A DNA stretch of 56,548 bases from a virus (IMGVR_UViG_3300042154_001807:1-56548), one strand, 5' to 3'. Positions 28,808 to 38,795 are shown, counted from the first letter of the stretch. Program-made: numbers and translations. The notes: generated by a model not told the origin, from the sequence alone.

Positions 28808-29017
28808 TTAGGGTGCTTTTTCATCTTGTTTTGATTTTGCGTAAATCGCCTCACAATGCGCCACAAGCTCGCTTTGCATCAATCGCGCGCTGCCATCGCC
28901 AACAGCGCGGCGAATGTCGGCAATCAGGAAAAGCGCGGCAACAAGTGACCCGTTAGCGTCTGACAGTCTTTTCTCAAGATCGGCGTTTTCTATTTTCAGT
29001 TTTTCAATGTCGTTCAT
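28808..29017 (-). CDS. Hypothetical protein
   Basis: 69 aa, ATGA-coupled. Confidence 0.55.
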   Translation of the reverse strand: MNDIEKLKIENADLEKRLSDANGSLVAALFLIADIRRAVGDGSARLMQSELVAHCEAIYAKSKQDEKAP

Positions 29018-29205
29018 TTTGTTTTCAGTGTTTCAGCTTGTATTGAAGTGATTTCCAGCATGACGGCATCCATTATGTCGCGCACGATTTGACTTACTGT
29101 GCCAGAAGAATATCCATCTGGAATCTTAAACATCGTTTCTAGGTTTTTAATTGCTGACTCTCTTTTGCGATCAGCCATTGATTGTATTTCTTCTGGTGTG
29201 TTCAT
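29014..29205 (-). CDS. Hypothetical protein
   Basis: 63-aa ORF. Confidence 0.55.
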   Translation of the reverse strand: MNTPEEIQSMADRKRESAIKNLETMFKIPDGYSSGTVSQIVRDIMDAVMLEITSIQAETLKTK

Positions 29206-29232
29206 TTTGTTTCTTTCGTTGTTCCATAATCA

Positions 29233-31008
29233 TCAAACACTATGCGTCCCGTCACCTCGACCGACACCTCTCAATCCTCTCTGCCATTCACGGATCTCGG
29301 GAGGAATAAACATCGCTCGCATAGGGGTGTAATACGGTGTCGAATGGTCGAGCAAATGATACCCGATGCACAGACCCATCACCTGATCGTCGTGCTTTCC
29401 CGATGCAGCTGCCGCACGACCGCTGGCTCCTATCACGAACGATCGCATCTCCTTCACCGTCCACGGGCACCTCACGTCAAACCCTACACCAATGTCACCA
29501 CTCCCACTCTCGCGAATCGCAGCAGCAAATTTATCGATGATCATTCCTCGGTTCGTCTGGTCTGTCTTCCATCCGTAGTATTTCGTCTTCTCATCGGTCC
29601 GACGATTGATCTCGGTCCGCTGGTAAATATTCGCACTTTTCAGCTTCAGTAGCTCGACCAGTCCGTTGTCTTTGTTCATCTCTGGCACGATCACGCAATC
29701 ACCATAATACTCGGATGCCATCGATAACTGCTCAGCCAAGATGTCGGTGTCCCACCTGCATGCCATCGTGTCCCGATCCTTGTGCAAAGAACACCTACAC
29801 GCAATCGTCGGCTCGACCCATGCCCCGTCCAAGCCACGATACCCAGCACGCAAAACAAATGCACCGTGACTGTCTGGATCAAGACCTGATGTCTGCGAGT
29901 CACCAGTCGCTGGGTCGCACGCTACCAAGTATCCAAGACCGTCGCGCGGTGACTCCTGCATCGTCCACATCGATTGGTCATACGGTAGGTCAGTCCACAC
30001 CACCGCACCGTCAGAACGCCTAACAAATTCACCATGCTTCCACCCAGCCAGATCAGCTCTCTTCTGCTGGCGCTTCAGCGCTGCATTCGAAAATTTCCCT
30101 CTACCAGACTTCAGGAAAGCAGTCACCTCATCGAACGGATAGTCTTCCTGAAACTTCTCAAAGTCCCTGTTACATTCCTCGCGAATTGCCCAGCGCATCC
30201 ACGCTACCTGCCACAGGTCAAGAGACCACTCAGCTGCCAAATCACGCTCCTCGGTCGTCAGGTCGCTATCGTCCACGATCCCTTCCCGAACTGGGTCACG
30301 TCGTGAGTCGGCAAACTCAAACCACGCAGCAAACACTCGTATCGTCCCTGCCTTTCCTGCCTTCGCTTCCTCAAAAGTCACGGCTCCATCATACTTCGCA
30401 TAGAAGTATCCAGTCGCACCGTGCGCTGTCGATTCCTCGATCACGATCGTGTCTGGCTCATCAGGAACGCACTTCAGCAAACCTGCCACCACGTCGTCTG
30501 CGTTCGCTACACCCTCGTCAGAGAGGTAGGCGACCTCGGTCAGGATCAAAACCTGATACGTGCCCGATCGTCCCGCCTGAGCGTTCCTGAGCGTAATGCG
30601 CTCCAACGTAGACCCGTTGTAAAACTTCGCCTCGGTCGAATTGATGTCGCATCTCCCCTTGTCACCTTCGTCGTAGTCGACATACGTCTTGAAAATCTTC
30701 CACATGTTCGACGCTTGGAAGTGCGAACCACCAGCGAACAAACCACGACCGATCTTCGCCATCAACCGACGATACGCGACCGCTACACTGAAAGTCGTGC
30801 TTCCTTTCTGACGTGGTTTCAAAGCAATGATCCGACACGGAACACCGTTCTCATGGCACCACTCAACGATGTCACTGATCCGCTTCTGATACTCGTTAGG
30901 CTCGGCATCTGCGATCGCTCCTGACTTCGTTCGGATCTTCCCAAACGCTGCCAACCATCCTGCGACGTTCCACAGAACCCCGTCGCGTATCGCTCGTATC
31001 ATGCTCAT
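29233..31008 (-). CDS. terL: Terminase large subunit
   Basis: Walker A 'LKPRQKGSTT', Walker B 'LILTEVA', coupling motif 'EEST', nuclease acidic residues 'ACDPATG' and 'HDDQVM'. Confidence 0.92.
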   Translation of the reverse strand: MSMIRAIRDGVLWNVAGWLAAFGKIRTKSGAIADAEPNEYQKRISDIVEWCHENGVPCRIIALKPRQKGSTTFSVAVAYRRLMAKIGRGLFAGGSHFQASNMWKIFKTYVDYDEGDKGRCDINSTEAKFYNGSTLERITLRNAQAGRSGTYQVLILTEVAYLSDEGVANADDVVAGLLKCVPDEPDTIVIEESTAHGATGYFYAKYDGAVTFEEAKAGKAGTIRVFAAWFEFADSRRDPVREGIVDDSDLTTEERDLAAEWSLDLWQVAWMRWAIREECNRDFEKFQEDYPFDEVTAFLKSGRGKFSNAALKRQQKRADLAGWKHGEFVRRSDGAVVWTDLPYDQSMWTMQESPRDGLGYLVACDPATGDSQTSGLDPDSHGAFVLRAGYRGLDGAWVEPTIACRCSLHKDRDTMACRWDTDILAEQLSMASEYYGDCVIVPEMNKDNGLVELLKLKSANIYQRTEINRRTDEKTKYYGWKTDQTNRGMIIDKFAAAIRESGSGDIGVGFDVRCPWTVKEMRSFVIGASGRAAAASGKHDDQVMGLCIGYHLLDHSTPYYTPMRAMFIPPEIREWQRGLRGVGRGDGTHSV

Positions 31009-31102
31009 TCGCTCACCTCCAGTAATGGCATCGATCTAGCCATCTGTTCGTAAGACCTGAGACCTATCTCCCACAACGACACCTTTACTGTTCCTGTATC
31101 AA

Positions 31103-31348
31103 TCATGGCAGGAACCTCGCTCTCTTTAACTTGCTCCTCTTGCCCTTCAGCAAATGCAGGTAACCGTTAGAACATCCGTCCTTGTGGCACCCTACTGGGT
31201 GGTCGCTGCGGTGCAGCTGGACCGCTGTCCCACACGTCGGGCAATGCCACCACAACCGATCTTTAGACCTAATAAATCGGCAATAGACCTGACCAATGAT
31301 CAAGCCTAATCCGATCGCTACCGCATACTTCACCAATTCCTCGTTCAT
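31103..31348 (-). CDS. Small membrane-anchored Cys-rich protein
   Basis: N-terminal hydrophobic helix; CPTC...C....C. Confidence 0.5.
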   Translation of the reverse strand: MNEELVKYAVAIGLGLIIGQVYCRFIRSKDRLWWHCPTCGTAVQLHRSDHPVGCHKDGCSNGYLHLLKGKRSKLKRARFLP

Positions 31349-31638
31349 GCTTCAGCTGGTTCCGTTCCTAGCACCCTCGCACGCAGCTCATCATCGGTCG
31401 ATGCAGCATACGACTCAGACCCTGCACGCATGGCGAAGAACACCCACTTCTCCACCGCTTTCAGATCATCCTTCAACGAGTCTAACGGGTTTGGCAACCG
31501 TCGGATGAAGTCGTCGAGGGATACGTAAAGCACCAACACCGAGTCGGCATTGTGCTTGGTTAATTCAAGCGCACCAGCGTGGATGGCTTCGATCAGTAGT
31601 GTCTGCACTGCGTTCATAGTTCGCAAACCATCGCTCAT
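31345..31638 (-). CDS. Hypothetical protein
   Basis: 97 aa, ATGA-coupled. Confidence 0.55.
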   Translation of the reverse strand: MSDGLRTMNAVQTLLIEAIHAGALELTKHNADSVLVLYVSLDDFIRRLPNPLDSLKDDLKAVEKWVFFAMRAGSESYAASTDDELRARVLGTEPAEA

Positions 31639-31663
31639 TCAGCCGACTCTGCAAGCATTAAAT

Positions 31664-32188
31664 TCACTCGTCCGAATGCACCCATGGGCAGCACTGTCTC
31701 AGCCGTCTGGCTGGGTGCCTGAGCTTCCTCAGTGCCCGTGCCTCCACCTGACGGATGCGCTCACGGGTGACGCGCAGCTGACGACCTATCTCCTCGAGGG
31801 TCCGAGAGTATCCGTCACCGAGACCGAACCGAAGGACTAGCACCTCGCGCTCACGGGGCAGCAGAACCGACATCTGATCCCAGATGAATCTGGTATCGAT
31901 TTCAGAGACGCTGTCACCACAGTAATGGCGCTCCTCAGCAACCTGCTGAGCCTCGTCGCAGGACAGGTCTACGACCAGTATCGAAGCGTCGACAATGACG
32001 TGCCTGAGACCTAACGCCTTCACTATCTTTCGTGCTTGAAGCACCGTCGCTGGGATCCTCCCGTGCATGATGTTGTCCATCACCGTCACCGCTATCCTCG
32101 ACTGTCTGGAGAAATCCTCCCAGCTCAGTCCCGTCTGATGGATCGCAGCCTTCAGCGCTGCGTTCTCGCTCTTTGTTATTGTGTTCAT
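31664..32188 (-). CDS. XRE-like HTH fused to sigma-70 region 4
   Basis: C-terminus [50 protein letters not shown] is RpoD region 4-like; no region 2. Confidence 0.85.
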   Translation of the reverse strand: MNTITKSENAALKAAIHQTGLSWEDFSRQSRIAVTVMDNIMHGRIPATVLQARKIVKALGLRHVIVDASILVVDLSCDEAQQVAEERHYCGDSVSEIDTRFIWDQMSVLLPREREVLVLRFGLGDGYSRTLEEIGRQLRVTRERIRQVEARALRKLRHPARRLRQCCPWVHSDE

Positions 32189-32859
32189 CTTGTTAGAATT
32201 GTTTTCACGCTGCTCATTCCCCAGTCGCCACCTTGACGTGTTGGGATTGCCCGAGCGTTCAACTCGGCTGCGATCTTCGCGTAGCTCATGCGCTTGTCCT
32301 GACCTACTGGTTTGCGACGAAGCGAGCGCATCAGGTCAATGATGTCCTGCTCTCCTGCGTTGAACCCATACGGCTTCTGACCCTCGCACTTGCCTGTCTC
32401 TTCACGCTTGCGCTGCCGTGCCGCGCGGAGCTTGCGGACCAGACTGTTTTTCTCCAGCTCAGAGAACACCGCTTGCATCTGGATGATTGCCTTCTTCATC
32501 GGATCTCCCTGAATCGCAGCGGTGATGTCTTCACCAGTGTCGGCAGAGATCAACGTGATGCCTTTCGATGCGAGGAACACCAAGATAGCGTCCTGCACGA
32601 CGTAGGCTCGAGACAGACGTGTCAGGTTCTCAACGATGATCGTGCGAACCCCGTTGTCGAGGATCGCTGAGATCATGTCTTGAAACGCTGGACGGTCACT
32701 CCACGTTGAGTCTCCAGTAACACCCTCCTCGACATACTCGGTCGAGATGGTGGCTCCCATCAACTTCGCCTGACGATCGATAGCTGCACGCTGACGGGGG
32801 AACCCGTCGCCTTCGATCTGACTTTTCCCGCTAACTCTGAGGTATGAAAATGCTTTCAT
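32185..32859 (-). CDS. Serine recombinase (resolvase catalytic domain plus short recombinase DNA-binding domain)
   Basis: YLRVS catalytic motif, 'DRPAF', 'LTRLSR', 'PYGF', '[16 protein letters not shown]'. Confidence 0.9.
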   Translation of the reverse strand: MKAFSYLRVSGKSQIEGDGFPRQRAAIDRQAKLMGATISTEYVEEGVTGDSTWSDRPAFQDMISAILDNGVRTIIVENLTRLSRAYVVQDAILVFLASKGITLISADTGEDITAAIQGDPMKKAIIQMQAVFSELEKNSLVRKLRAARQRKREETGKCEGQKPYGFNAGEQDIIDLMRSLRRKPVGQDKRMSYAKIAAELNARAIPTRQGGDWGMSSVKTILTR

Positions 32860-32865
32860 GCGTTG

Positions 32866-32893
32866 ATAATAATAGAACCAGCGAACAAGTCAA
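32866..32893 (-). promoter_or_regulatory. Sigma70-type promoter, probably leaderless, for the recombinase
   Basis: TTGACT-16-TATTAT, 6 nt before the ATG. Confidence 0.55.
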
Positions 32894-32939
32894 GCATTTT
32901 TCTGAAAATAAATGCTCATAATTTGTTCCACAGGACATT

Positions 32940-33359
32940 TTAGCCATCGATCGTGACCTTGTCGTCCGCCGCATCGAGCGCCTTCCGAAGTGCGGCACGA
33001 AGTGCTGGTGACTTCGCAAGACGATCCATCATCCCATTCTCGCTGTCAGCGTCCACGTTGACCGTGACGACCTCTTGGCGCTGGACGGGTAGACCGATGG
33101 TGTATGCGAGGTAGAGCTTGGCACCTGCCTCCTGCGCTCGGTAGTCAGGGATCTCTCCCTCACCCTTACTGAATCGAGTAGCGGTCAGCAGCGACGAGAT
33201 ACTCTCGGCGACCCGCTCGGGACTGATGCAGTGATTGATCGCATTGATGAATGATTTACTGATGGCACTCGGTGACACATCTTCGAGAGTTTTCCCCTCG
33301 AGACGACGTTGAGCATACTGTTCTTTTTTTACGGCTTCGATTCTGGCAAGTTCTGACAT
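32940..33359 (-). CDS. Putative terminase small subunit
   Basis: 139 aa helical protein upstream of terL; inferred from position. Confidence 0.4.
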   Translation of the reverse strand: MSELARIEAVKKEQYAQRRLEGKTLEDVSPSAISKSFINAINHCISPERVAESISSLLTATRFSKGEGEIPDYRAQEAGAKLYLAYTIGLPVQRQEVVTVNVDADSENGMMDRLAKSPALRAALRKALDAADDKVTIDG

Positions 33360-33365
33360 GAGGCG

Positions 33366-33394
33366 CTTTTACGATTTCTCGGTGGACGTGTCAA
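33366..33394 (-). promoter_or_regulatory. Sigma70-type promoter, probably leaderless
   Basis: TTGACA-17-TAAAAG, 6 nt before the ATG. Confidence 0.5.
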
Positions 33395-33644
33395 ATAAAA
33401 AAGCTACGTGCGCGTCACGCACGCGCGAGGGCTGGACATAAGTTTTTAGCCGACCCCTCACCCGATCGCGCAACAACTGTTCAGTTGATCAGTATTAAAA
33501 CGAATGTTTAAATCAAATGATTAAGAGTTCGCCAATTGCGTCAGGATCCAATTTAAGGCATGGTTGACCCGTCTTGGGTGTGTCGAGATGGTTATCCCCC
33601 TGATACGGTCGTGGCGACCCCGTGGCGCTAAACTGGCGAGCTAC

Positions 33645-33752
33645 TGATTTGAGATTGGTGATTGCTGATTGGTGTTGTTGGCTGATGATTGATTGGTTGA
33701 TTGGTTGGTTGATTAATTGTTGATTGATTGATGATTGATTGATGATTGATTA
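33645..33752 (+). repeat. Strand-biased GATT/GGTT low-complexity tract at the strand switch
   Basis: Runs such as gattgattggttgattggttggttgatt...gattgatgattgatt. Confidence 0.8.
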
Positions 33753-33888
33753 CTTTATCTACTCTATACTTATCATTATAGTATTACATGTATTTGTTAG
33801 TGCCCCCCTACAAGGGGGCACACAATACAAATACATTAAATAGACAATAGTAAATAGAGAATAAGAATAATAGAGAGGATGAATATTT

Positions 33889-34806
33889 ATGATTGACGTT
33901 GGGGAAAAAATAGATAATTGGATGGGCATGTCGGACATGAACAAGAGAGTGAAATTAACGGACGAAGAGAAAAGATTGAAGAGGAATGAGTTGTCGAAAT
34001 TGTATCGGCAGAAGCACCCAGAGAAAGCTGCCGAGTATACTCGGAAATGGATGGAGAAGAACCCTGAGAAACTGAAAGAAAATGCCGAGAGGTGGAGGAA
34101 GAACAATCCAGAGAAGGCAGCTCAGAACCAGAAGGTCGCGCAGAAAAAAACGCGATTAAAAAAAATGAATACTGGTGATTGGGTGAAGAATGAACTGATC
34201 AAGTTGGCATGGCTGAAGGAGAATGAAGAGGAGCCGAGATACCCGAGGAGGATCGCGAACTGGGCAGGTGGTGCTATCGATCGGATAGACTGTGACGAGC
34301 TGTCTCGGTGTCTGGTCGATCGTCAGTTGGTGATGAGATCCAGACGTGACCGAGTGGAATTATTTTCGGTAACGAAGTGCGGACGTGGTGACAAACCAGT
34401 CGACGTGGTGATTGTTGGATGGAATGGATGGATGACGAATCCTCGGGGTCTGGATAAATTGCTCACCGAGTTCGGGATGGGTAAGGTCGATTGGGATGGG
34501 CTGGACTGGACGGTTCCTGATTACTGGTTAGCGAAGCCACTGAGGAATGTGTTAGGTCATGACCTGACTCGGATTCGGTTAGGTGATAAGTGGAAGGGAT
34601 GGAGAATCAATCAGAAAGAATTGCACTACTGGCTGATCGAGAAGAAGTGCCGACTTGAGACGTTTGTCGACGATGCATCTTGGGGATTCGAGCTGGTGTC
34701 CGAGGATGTTTCTGTTAGACGGTTTTCTGTCATCTGGAGTGGGATTGAGGTGTCTCGGGACGATCTGAACGGTGTTGTTGAGTGGGTTCGGACATTGATG
34801 GAATAA
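33889..34806 (+). CDS. Hypothetical protein with a basic N-terminal repeat
   Basis: 305 aa; (Y/W)R.KNPEK-like repeats. Confidence 0.6.
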   Translation: MIDVGEKIDNWMGMSDMNKRVKLTDEEKRLKRNELSKLYRQKHPEKAAEYTRKWMEKNPEKLKENAERWRKNNPEKAAQNQKVAQKKTRLKKMNTGDWVKNELIKLAWLKENEEEPRYPRRIANWAGGAIDRIDCDELSRCLVDRQLVMRSRRDRVELFSVTKCGRGDKPVDVVIVGWNGWMTNPRGLDKLLTEFGMGKVDWDGLDWTVPDYWLAKPLRNVLGHDLTRIRLGDKWKGWRINQKELHYWLIEKKCRLETFVDDASWGFELVSEDVSVRRFSVIWSGIEVSRDDLNGVVEWVRTLME

Positions 34807-34844
34807 TGGCTGGCAGACTATTTTCAGTTTTCTGTAAATAAATA

Positions 34845-34893
34845 TTGATAACGTAAGTATTTCCGCTATGGTTCACCTGTCACCGCGAGTGAC
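34845..34893 (+). promoter_or_regulatory. Early promoter P1 plus leader hairpin
   Basis: TTGATA-16-TATGGT, then GTCAC-CGCGA-GTGAC. Confidence 0.55.
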
Positions 34894-34902
34894 CACAATA
34901 TT

Positions 34903-35112
34903 ATGAACACTACTACCGACACATTGACGACAGCATCGAAAGTTAAAAAAGGCGAATACGTTCGCTTCTCCAACACTGACACAGCACCTGTCTGGGTCAA
35001 AGGTGATTATGACCGCTCTTCGAAGAAGCACAGCTTCTCAAAAGCAGATGACATGAACCGTGAGGTGTTCCTGAAATCAACAGCGAAAGTTTTCGTTGGT
35101 TTTGAATATTAA
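34903..35112 (+). CDS. Small early protein
   Basis: 69 aa after the promoter. Confidence 0.7.
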   Translation: MNTTTDTLTTASKVKKGEYVRFSNTDTAPVWVKGDYDRSSKKHSFSKADDMNREVFLKSTAKVFVGFEY

Positions 35113-35154
35113 TCCCTAACACAGACCGAACTACTAACACTAACGAAACACAAT

Positions 35155-35346
35155 ATGAAAAGAACACGGATGCTAACATACTGCGAAAATTTACGTGACG
35201 TTATCACGATTCACGAACTAGTCGATAATTCAATTATCGCCACAACTTTTGACAAAGTCACTGGCAATTGCACATTTATCACCGACATGGATAGTGAGTG
35301 CCGCAAGATTCTTGACAATCACGCAGATACAGTGGTTTGCAGATAA
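35155..35346 (+). CDS. Small early protein
   Basis: 63 aa, A/C-rich leader. Confidence 0.55.
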   Translation: MKRTRMLTYCENLRDVITIHELVDNSIIATTFDKVTGNCTFITDMDSECRKILDNHADTVVCR

Positions 35347-35412
35347 ACAACAAACAGACTGTAACGCGCTAATTTTAACACAACCAAACCGAACCAAACC
35401 AAACAACACAAT

Positions 35413-35832
35413 ATGAGCAACAACAACATCGAACTCGAAGCCATCACAACAGTAGCAAACGCAGTTTACATCGCCTTTTATGCGGCGATAATGAACGCAC
35501 CAAACACCCCAGAATTCAATCGCCTTCGCGAGGTCAATGATGATCTCCGCAAGGCGATTGTTCGTGCAAAGAATCACTCCGAACCTGTTAAGTCAGTCAC
35601 TCAATCAGTCGCAGACACCGTCTGCAATATTATGCTCGGTGAGCGCTTGCCAGTCGACCTGACCATTCGGCACTCAGAGCATGTGCAAACCATTCCAGCA
35701 GGTCGGATGTTTACACGCACGCTATGCCGCGATGTAGGGGTCGCGTTGTTCGAGGGTCGCACCGTTTACGGAGACGGATGCGAGAAGTTTCTATCCCCAT
35801 TGGCTAAGTTGGTTCAAGCACTGCGTGCGTAA
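35413..35832 (+). CDS. Hypothetical early protein
   Basis: 139 aa, A/C-rich leader. Confidence 0.6.
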   Translation: MSNNNIELEAITTVANAVYIAFYAAIMNAPNTPEFNRLREVNDDLRKAIVRAKNHSEPVKSVTQSVADTVCNIMLGERLPVDLTIRHSEHVQTIPAGRMFTRTLCRDVGVALFEGRTVYGDGCEKFLSPLAKLVQALRA

Positions 35833-35851
35833 TCTCTAACCACCAACTACT

Positions 35852-36088
35852 ATGAACACCGTATCCGATATCCGAGACCAGAAAGCACGCATGAGCGGAG
35901 ATCACGAAGCGTGGATTAAAGGAAAGCAAATCGCAGCATACGAAGCAGCGCGTAAAGCATACCTGCAAGCCAACCCAGACGTGGGCACGCTGATCCGCGA
36001 CGGGGTAGAGATATTCTACCGCAACCTAACACCTTTGCACCTTGGTCAGACCAAGGAGTTTTACCCATCCACCGTGATAACACAATGA
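35852..36088 (+). CDS. Hypothetical early protein
   Basis: 78-aa ORF. Confidence 0.6.
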   Translation: MNTVSDIRDQKARMSGDHEAWIKGKQIAAYEAARKAYLQANPDVGTLIRDGVEIFYRNLTPLHLGQTKEFYPSTVITQ

Positions 36089-36351
36089 ACAGACACCTTA
36101 TGTATCTTCCTATGAACACCACCAGTGAGTTCCAGAACCAGTTCCAAAGCATGCTCAAGACAGCGATCTCCGACAAGGCACGCGAATTGGCTGCTGGAGG
36201 CACTACAGGGATCAGTATCGTCAACCTGAGCCAGATTGTCATGAACGACGGTCTGCGCTACGCTGACGGGGCACCTCGCGACCGCAGCGGGTATGTCAGA
36301 GAATTCGAGTCAGCAGTCCGCGCGGCAGATTTACCAATTGATATATTATGA
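36085..36351 (+). CDS. Hypothetical early protein
   Basis: ATGA-coupled. Confidence 0.55.
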   Translation: MNRHLMYLPMNTTSEFQNQFQSMLKTAISDKARELAAGGTTGISIVNLSQIVMNDGLRYADGAPRDRSGYVREFESAVRAADLPIDIL

Positions 36352-36530
36352 ACAAACACACACCGAAAAATTGGGTAGTAAACTACCGTGAACCGTCCTC
36401 CATTGGCAGGGCATTCTGGGAGATCACTGACGGCTTAGACAAGCCGATAGCATTTGTCACCGAACCGCAGCCAAGATCCCGCGAGGAGATGGCTGCTATA
36501 GCTAAAGCGAAAGGAGGGGCAGCGCTATGA
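36348..36530 (+). CDS. Hypothetical early protein (KHTP..W type)
   Basis: ATGA-coupled. Confidence 0.55.
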   Translation: MNKHTPKNWVVNYREPSSIGRAFWEITDGLDKPIAFVTEPQPRSREEMAAIAKAKGGAAL

Positions 36531-36724
36531 TCCTAGAACTAGCTATTTCAGGAGCCGCATTTGGGATTCTTGGAGCCTATTGTCTAGCAAAGGCAGCTTC
36601 GATGAAACCACCTAATCGAGGGATCCAAGTTGGCGGCGTTAAGCCGTTTGAATCGCGCAGTATTCAGAATAGGCTGGCACTTGGACTGCTGGCACAAAAA
36701 TCTAACAAAAACAAGAAAAAATAA
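36527..36724 (+). CDS. Small membrane protein
   Basis: Hydrophobic N-terminus; ATGA-coupled. Confidence 0.5.
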   Translation: MILELAISGAAFGILGAYCLAKAASMKPPNRGIQVGGVKPFESRSIQNRLALGLLAQKSNKNKKK

Positions 36725-36725
36725 T

Positions 36726-37001
36726 ATGAGTGAAAAAGAAATAACAACAGACAACGGTGGGTCGGCGTTTCCAACAACTGGCTTCGATAGCCCAAATCAT
36801 GGGTGGCAACACGGGCAAGAAGGTATGACACTACGCGACTACTTCGCGGCGGCGGCTTTGACTGGAGAGGTTGGCGGCGAAGATTTTGGTGGTGAGCTAG
36901 CACAACTAAGAAGCCATGAAAACGCAAGGTTGATGGCGAGGAGAGCATATATGCTAGCGGACGCAATGCTGGCAGCAAGAAAGGAGGGCAACCAGTCATG
37001 A
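36726..37001 (+). CDS. Conserved phage protein with GG.AFP / GMTLRDYFAA / AY..ADAML motifs
   Basis: Widespread small phage family recognised by its motifs; start MSEKEI. Confidence 0.75.
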   Translation: MSEKEITTDNGGSAFPTTGFDSPNHGWQHGQEGMTLRDYFAAAALTGEVGGEDFGGELAQLRSHENARLMARRAYMLADAMLAARKEGNQS

Positions 37002-37630
37002 GAAACGTAAACTGTCCGAAGACAAAAATCTACGTTCGCTGCGATGCGTTTGGTGGGTCTCCTGAAGAGTTTGAACCAGCGTGGTTGGTGTCCGTAAGAG
37101 CGATGCGTAACCGACCACTATGCTTCCAAGCATGGATTGAAAAGTATGCAGCGTGCTACGACAAGATTCCACCTCAGTGTATCTACTGGTATAAGCCTGA
37201 CGCAGACCACAAAGCGCTACCACTTCACAAGATACAGATGTGGGAGTGCCTCTCTGGATCTATCGAAATTTGGCGAAAGGATCAACTCAACGATGTTCCG
37301 ATGCTAGTGAACCTCGGAAAGGGTATGGATCCAATCGGAGGTCATTATTGGTTTACTATCGACTTCCTGCCCGAAGGACAGGCTCAAGGATTGTTTGACG
37401 TGGGCGACTCCGAGCTGCTCGAAGAACACAAAGAAGGTAATGTGATCAAACTGGACAACGGGCAGATTGCAATCTACCCAAACAACCGACTCAAATGGCT
37501 TCCAGTATCTCTGACAGGAAAAGAAGCACCGAGCGCAATTCCTCCGTGGGATGTGGCAACCAACGCCCAATGGGACGAGTGGTGGGCAGACTCAGACGAA
37601 ATCTTGGGGGACGCAAAATGGGCATATTAA
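36998..37630 (+). CDS. Conserved phage hypothetical protein
   Basis: 'FTID...SE...EHK..N.IKLDNGQ.A.YPNNR..W' pattern recalled from aquatic phages. Confidence 0.7.
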   Translation: MRNVNCPKTKIYVRCDAFGGSPEEFEPAWLVSVRAMRNRPLCFQAWIEKYAACYDKIPPQCIYWYKPDADHKALPLHKIQMWECLSGSIEIWRKDQLNDVPMLVNLGKGMDPIGGHYWFTIDFLPEGQAQGLFDVGDSELLEEHKEGNVIKLDNGQIAIYPNNRLKWLPVSLTGKEAPSAIPPWDVATNAQWDEWWADSDEILGDAKWAY

Positions 37631-38388
37631 AAATTATGAACGCAACATACGGACTAGAATTATTCGAACTCGCACTCCGCAAAGAGACCGAGTCAATGAC
37701 CGAGGCAGAGAGAGCGGTATACGCTCAGCTGTCCGAACACCCAGTCACTCAGAAGCAGATAGCTGAGAGTGAGCGCTGGATAGGCACACACCCTTGGCAT
37801 GATGGATACGAGTCGGACACGACTACCAGAGCTGTTAGGCAGATAGTTCAGGATCTCAGGACCAAGCACAAGGTGCCTGTGCTGTCAGACCGTCGTGGCT
37901 ACTTTTTCAGTAACGACGAAGAGCAGCGTAAGGCATTTCTCGAGAGGCATGTCCGCAGTGCGACAGCGTCGATGAAGACATCGATCGAGACATACAATTC
38001 GATGAAGCACATCGTCGGAGAGCATGCATTTTTTGAATCGATGTTAGAACTCATAAACCGTGAAGACAACAGCCAAGCACAGGAAAGCCCAGCGTTGCCT
38101 GATGCGGGATGTTCGGACACACCGAGAACAGATGCTAAAATGTTTCCCGCATGGGCATGGGACACGCACACAATGGAATACGTGCCTCACGGCATCGGAT
38201 TTCCTGCCGAGGATGCCCGTAAATTAGAGCGCGAACTAGCAGCAGTCACCGAGCAGCGGGACACGCTGGCAGAGGCACTCCGAAAACTAGCTGATTGCGA
38301 TTGGGTAATTACACTGCCAGATCGGATGGACGCAGTAAGAACTATCGCCAACGAAGCCCTCCAATCCATAACCCCGAACGAACTATGA
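37618..38388 (+). CDS. Winged-HTH-like protein fused through an attC-like site to a TPRTD/ARKLERE module
   Basis: 'TTRAVRQIVQDLR...VLSDRRGYFF'; the segment NSQAQESPALPDAGCS is encoded by 38064..38117. Confidence 0.6.
   Translation: MGILKIMNATYGLELFELALRKETESMTEAERAVYAQLSEHPVTQKQIAESERWIGTHPWHDGYESDTTTRAVRQIVQDLRTKHKVPVLSDRRGYFFSNDEEQRKAFLERHVRSATASMKTSIETYNSMKHIVGEHAFFESMLELINREDNSQAQESPALPDAGCSDTPRTDAKMFPAWAWDTHTMEYVPHGIGFPAEDARKLERELAAVTEQRDTLAEALRKLADCDWVITLPDRMDAVRTIANEALQSITPNEL
38064..38117 (-). mobile_element. attC-like site A (54 bp, inner stem slightly decayed)
   Basis: Minus strand: TCCGAAC-ATCCC-GCATCAGG-caacgctgggcttt-CCTGTGC-TTGGCT-GTTGTCT. Confidence 0.75.
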
Positions 38389-38795
38389 ACACAGACACAC
38401 CGAAAATAATACAATTACTAATGTCACCGAATGACTCCGTATGGCAAGGCGTGTTGCTTGGTCTTGGAGATGATGGAGTTACATATCATTGCCAAGGGGA
38501 TACATGGCAACCTTACATACCTCCGTTGAATCCACAAGATAAAGCAGCCGAGCTTGCCTCCTTCACCGAGCAGCGGGACGAAGCGCGAATTGAATTAGAG
38601 AAATACACAACTGACAGCGAAGACGATGCGCTTTATAACGTGCGAAGATTGCGTAAAGAACTAACCGCCGTCACCGAGCAGCGGGACGAAGCGCGTCGCC
38701 TTGCCGAGAAATACCGCCACTTATCATGCGACAGCCTAGAGGAAGCCGATGAAACGCTGCTGCCTTGGGAAATAACAACCCCGAACGAACTATGA
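38385..38795 (+). CDS. Hypothetical protein with TEQRD repeats
   Basis: Probable start MNTDTPK, ATGA-coupled. Confidence 0.6.
   Translation: MNTDTPKIIQLLMSPNDSVWQGVLLGLGDDGVTYHCQGDTWQPYIPPLNPQDKAAELASFTEQRDEARIELEKYTTDSEDDALYNVRRLRKELTAVTEQRDEARRLAEKYRHLSCDSLEEADETLLPWEITTPNEL

Noticed and set aside
32185-32859. The serine recombinase as the attC integrase
   Set aside because: attC sites are substrates of IntI tyrosine recombinases, and nothing in the sequence links this enzyme to them.
38373-38395. Complete attC at site B
   Set aside because: Only an R'-like CCCGAAC is present, with no pairing L boxes or R'' downstream, so it is treated as a remnant.
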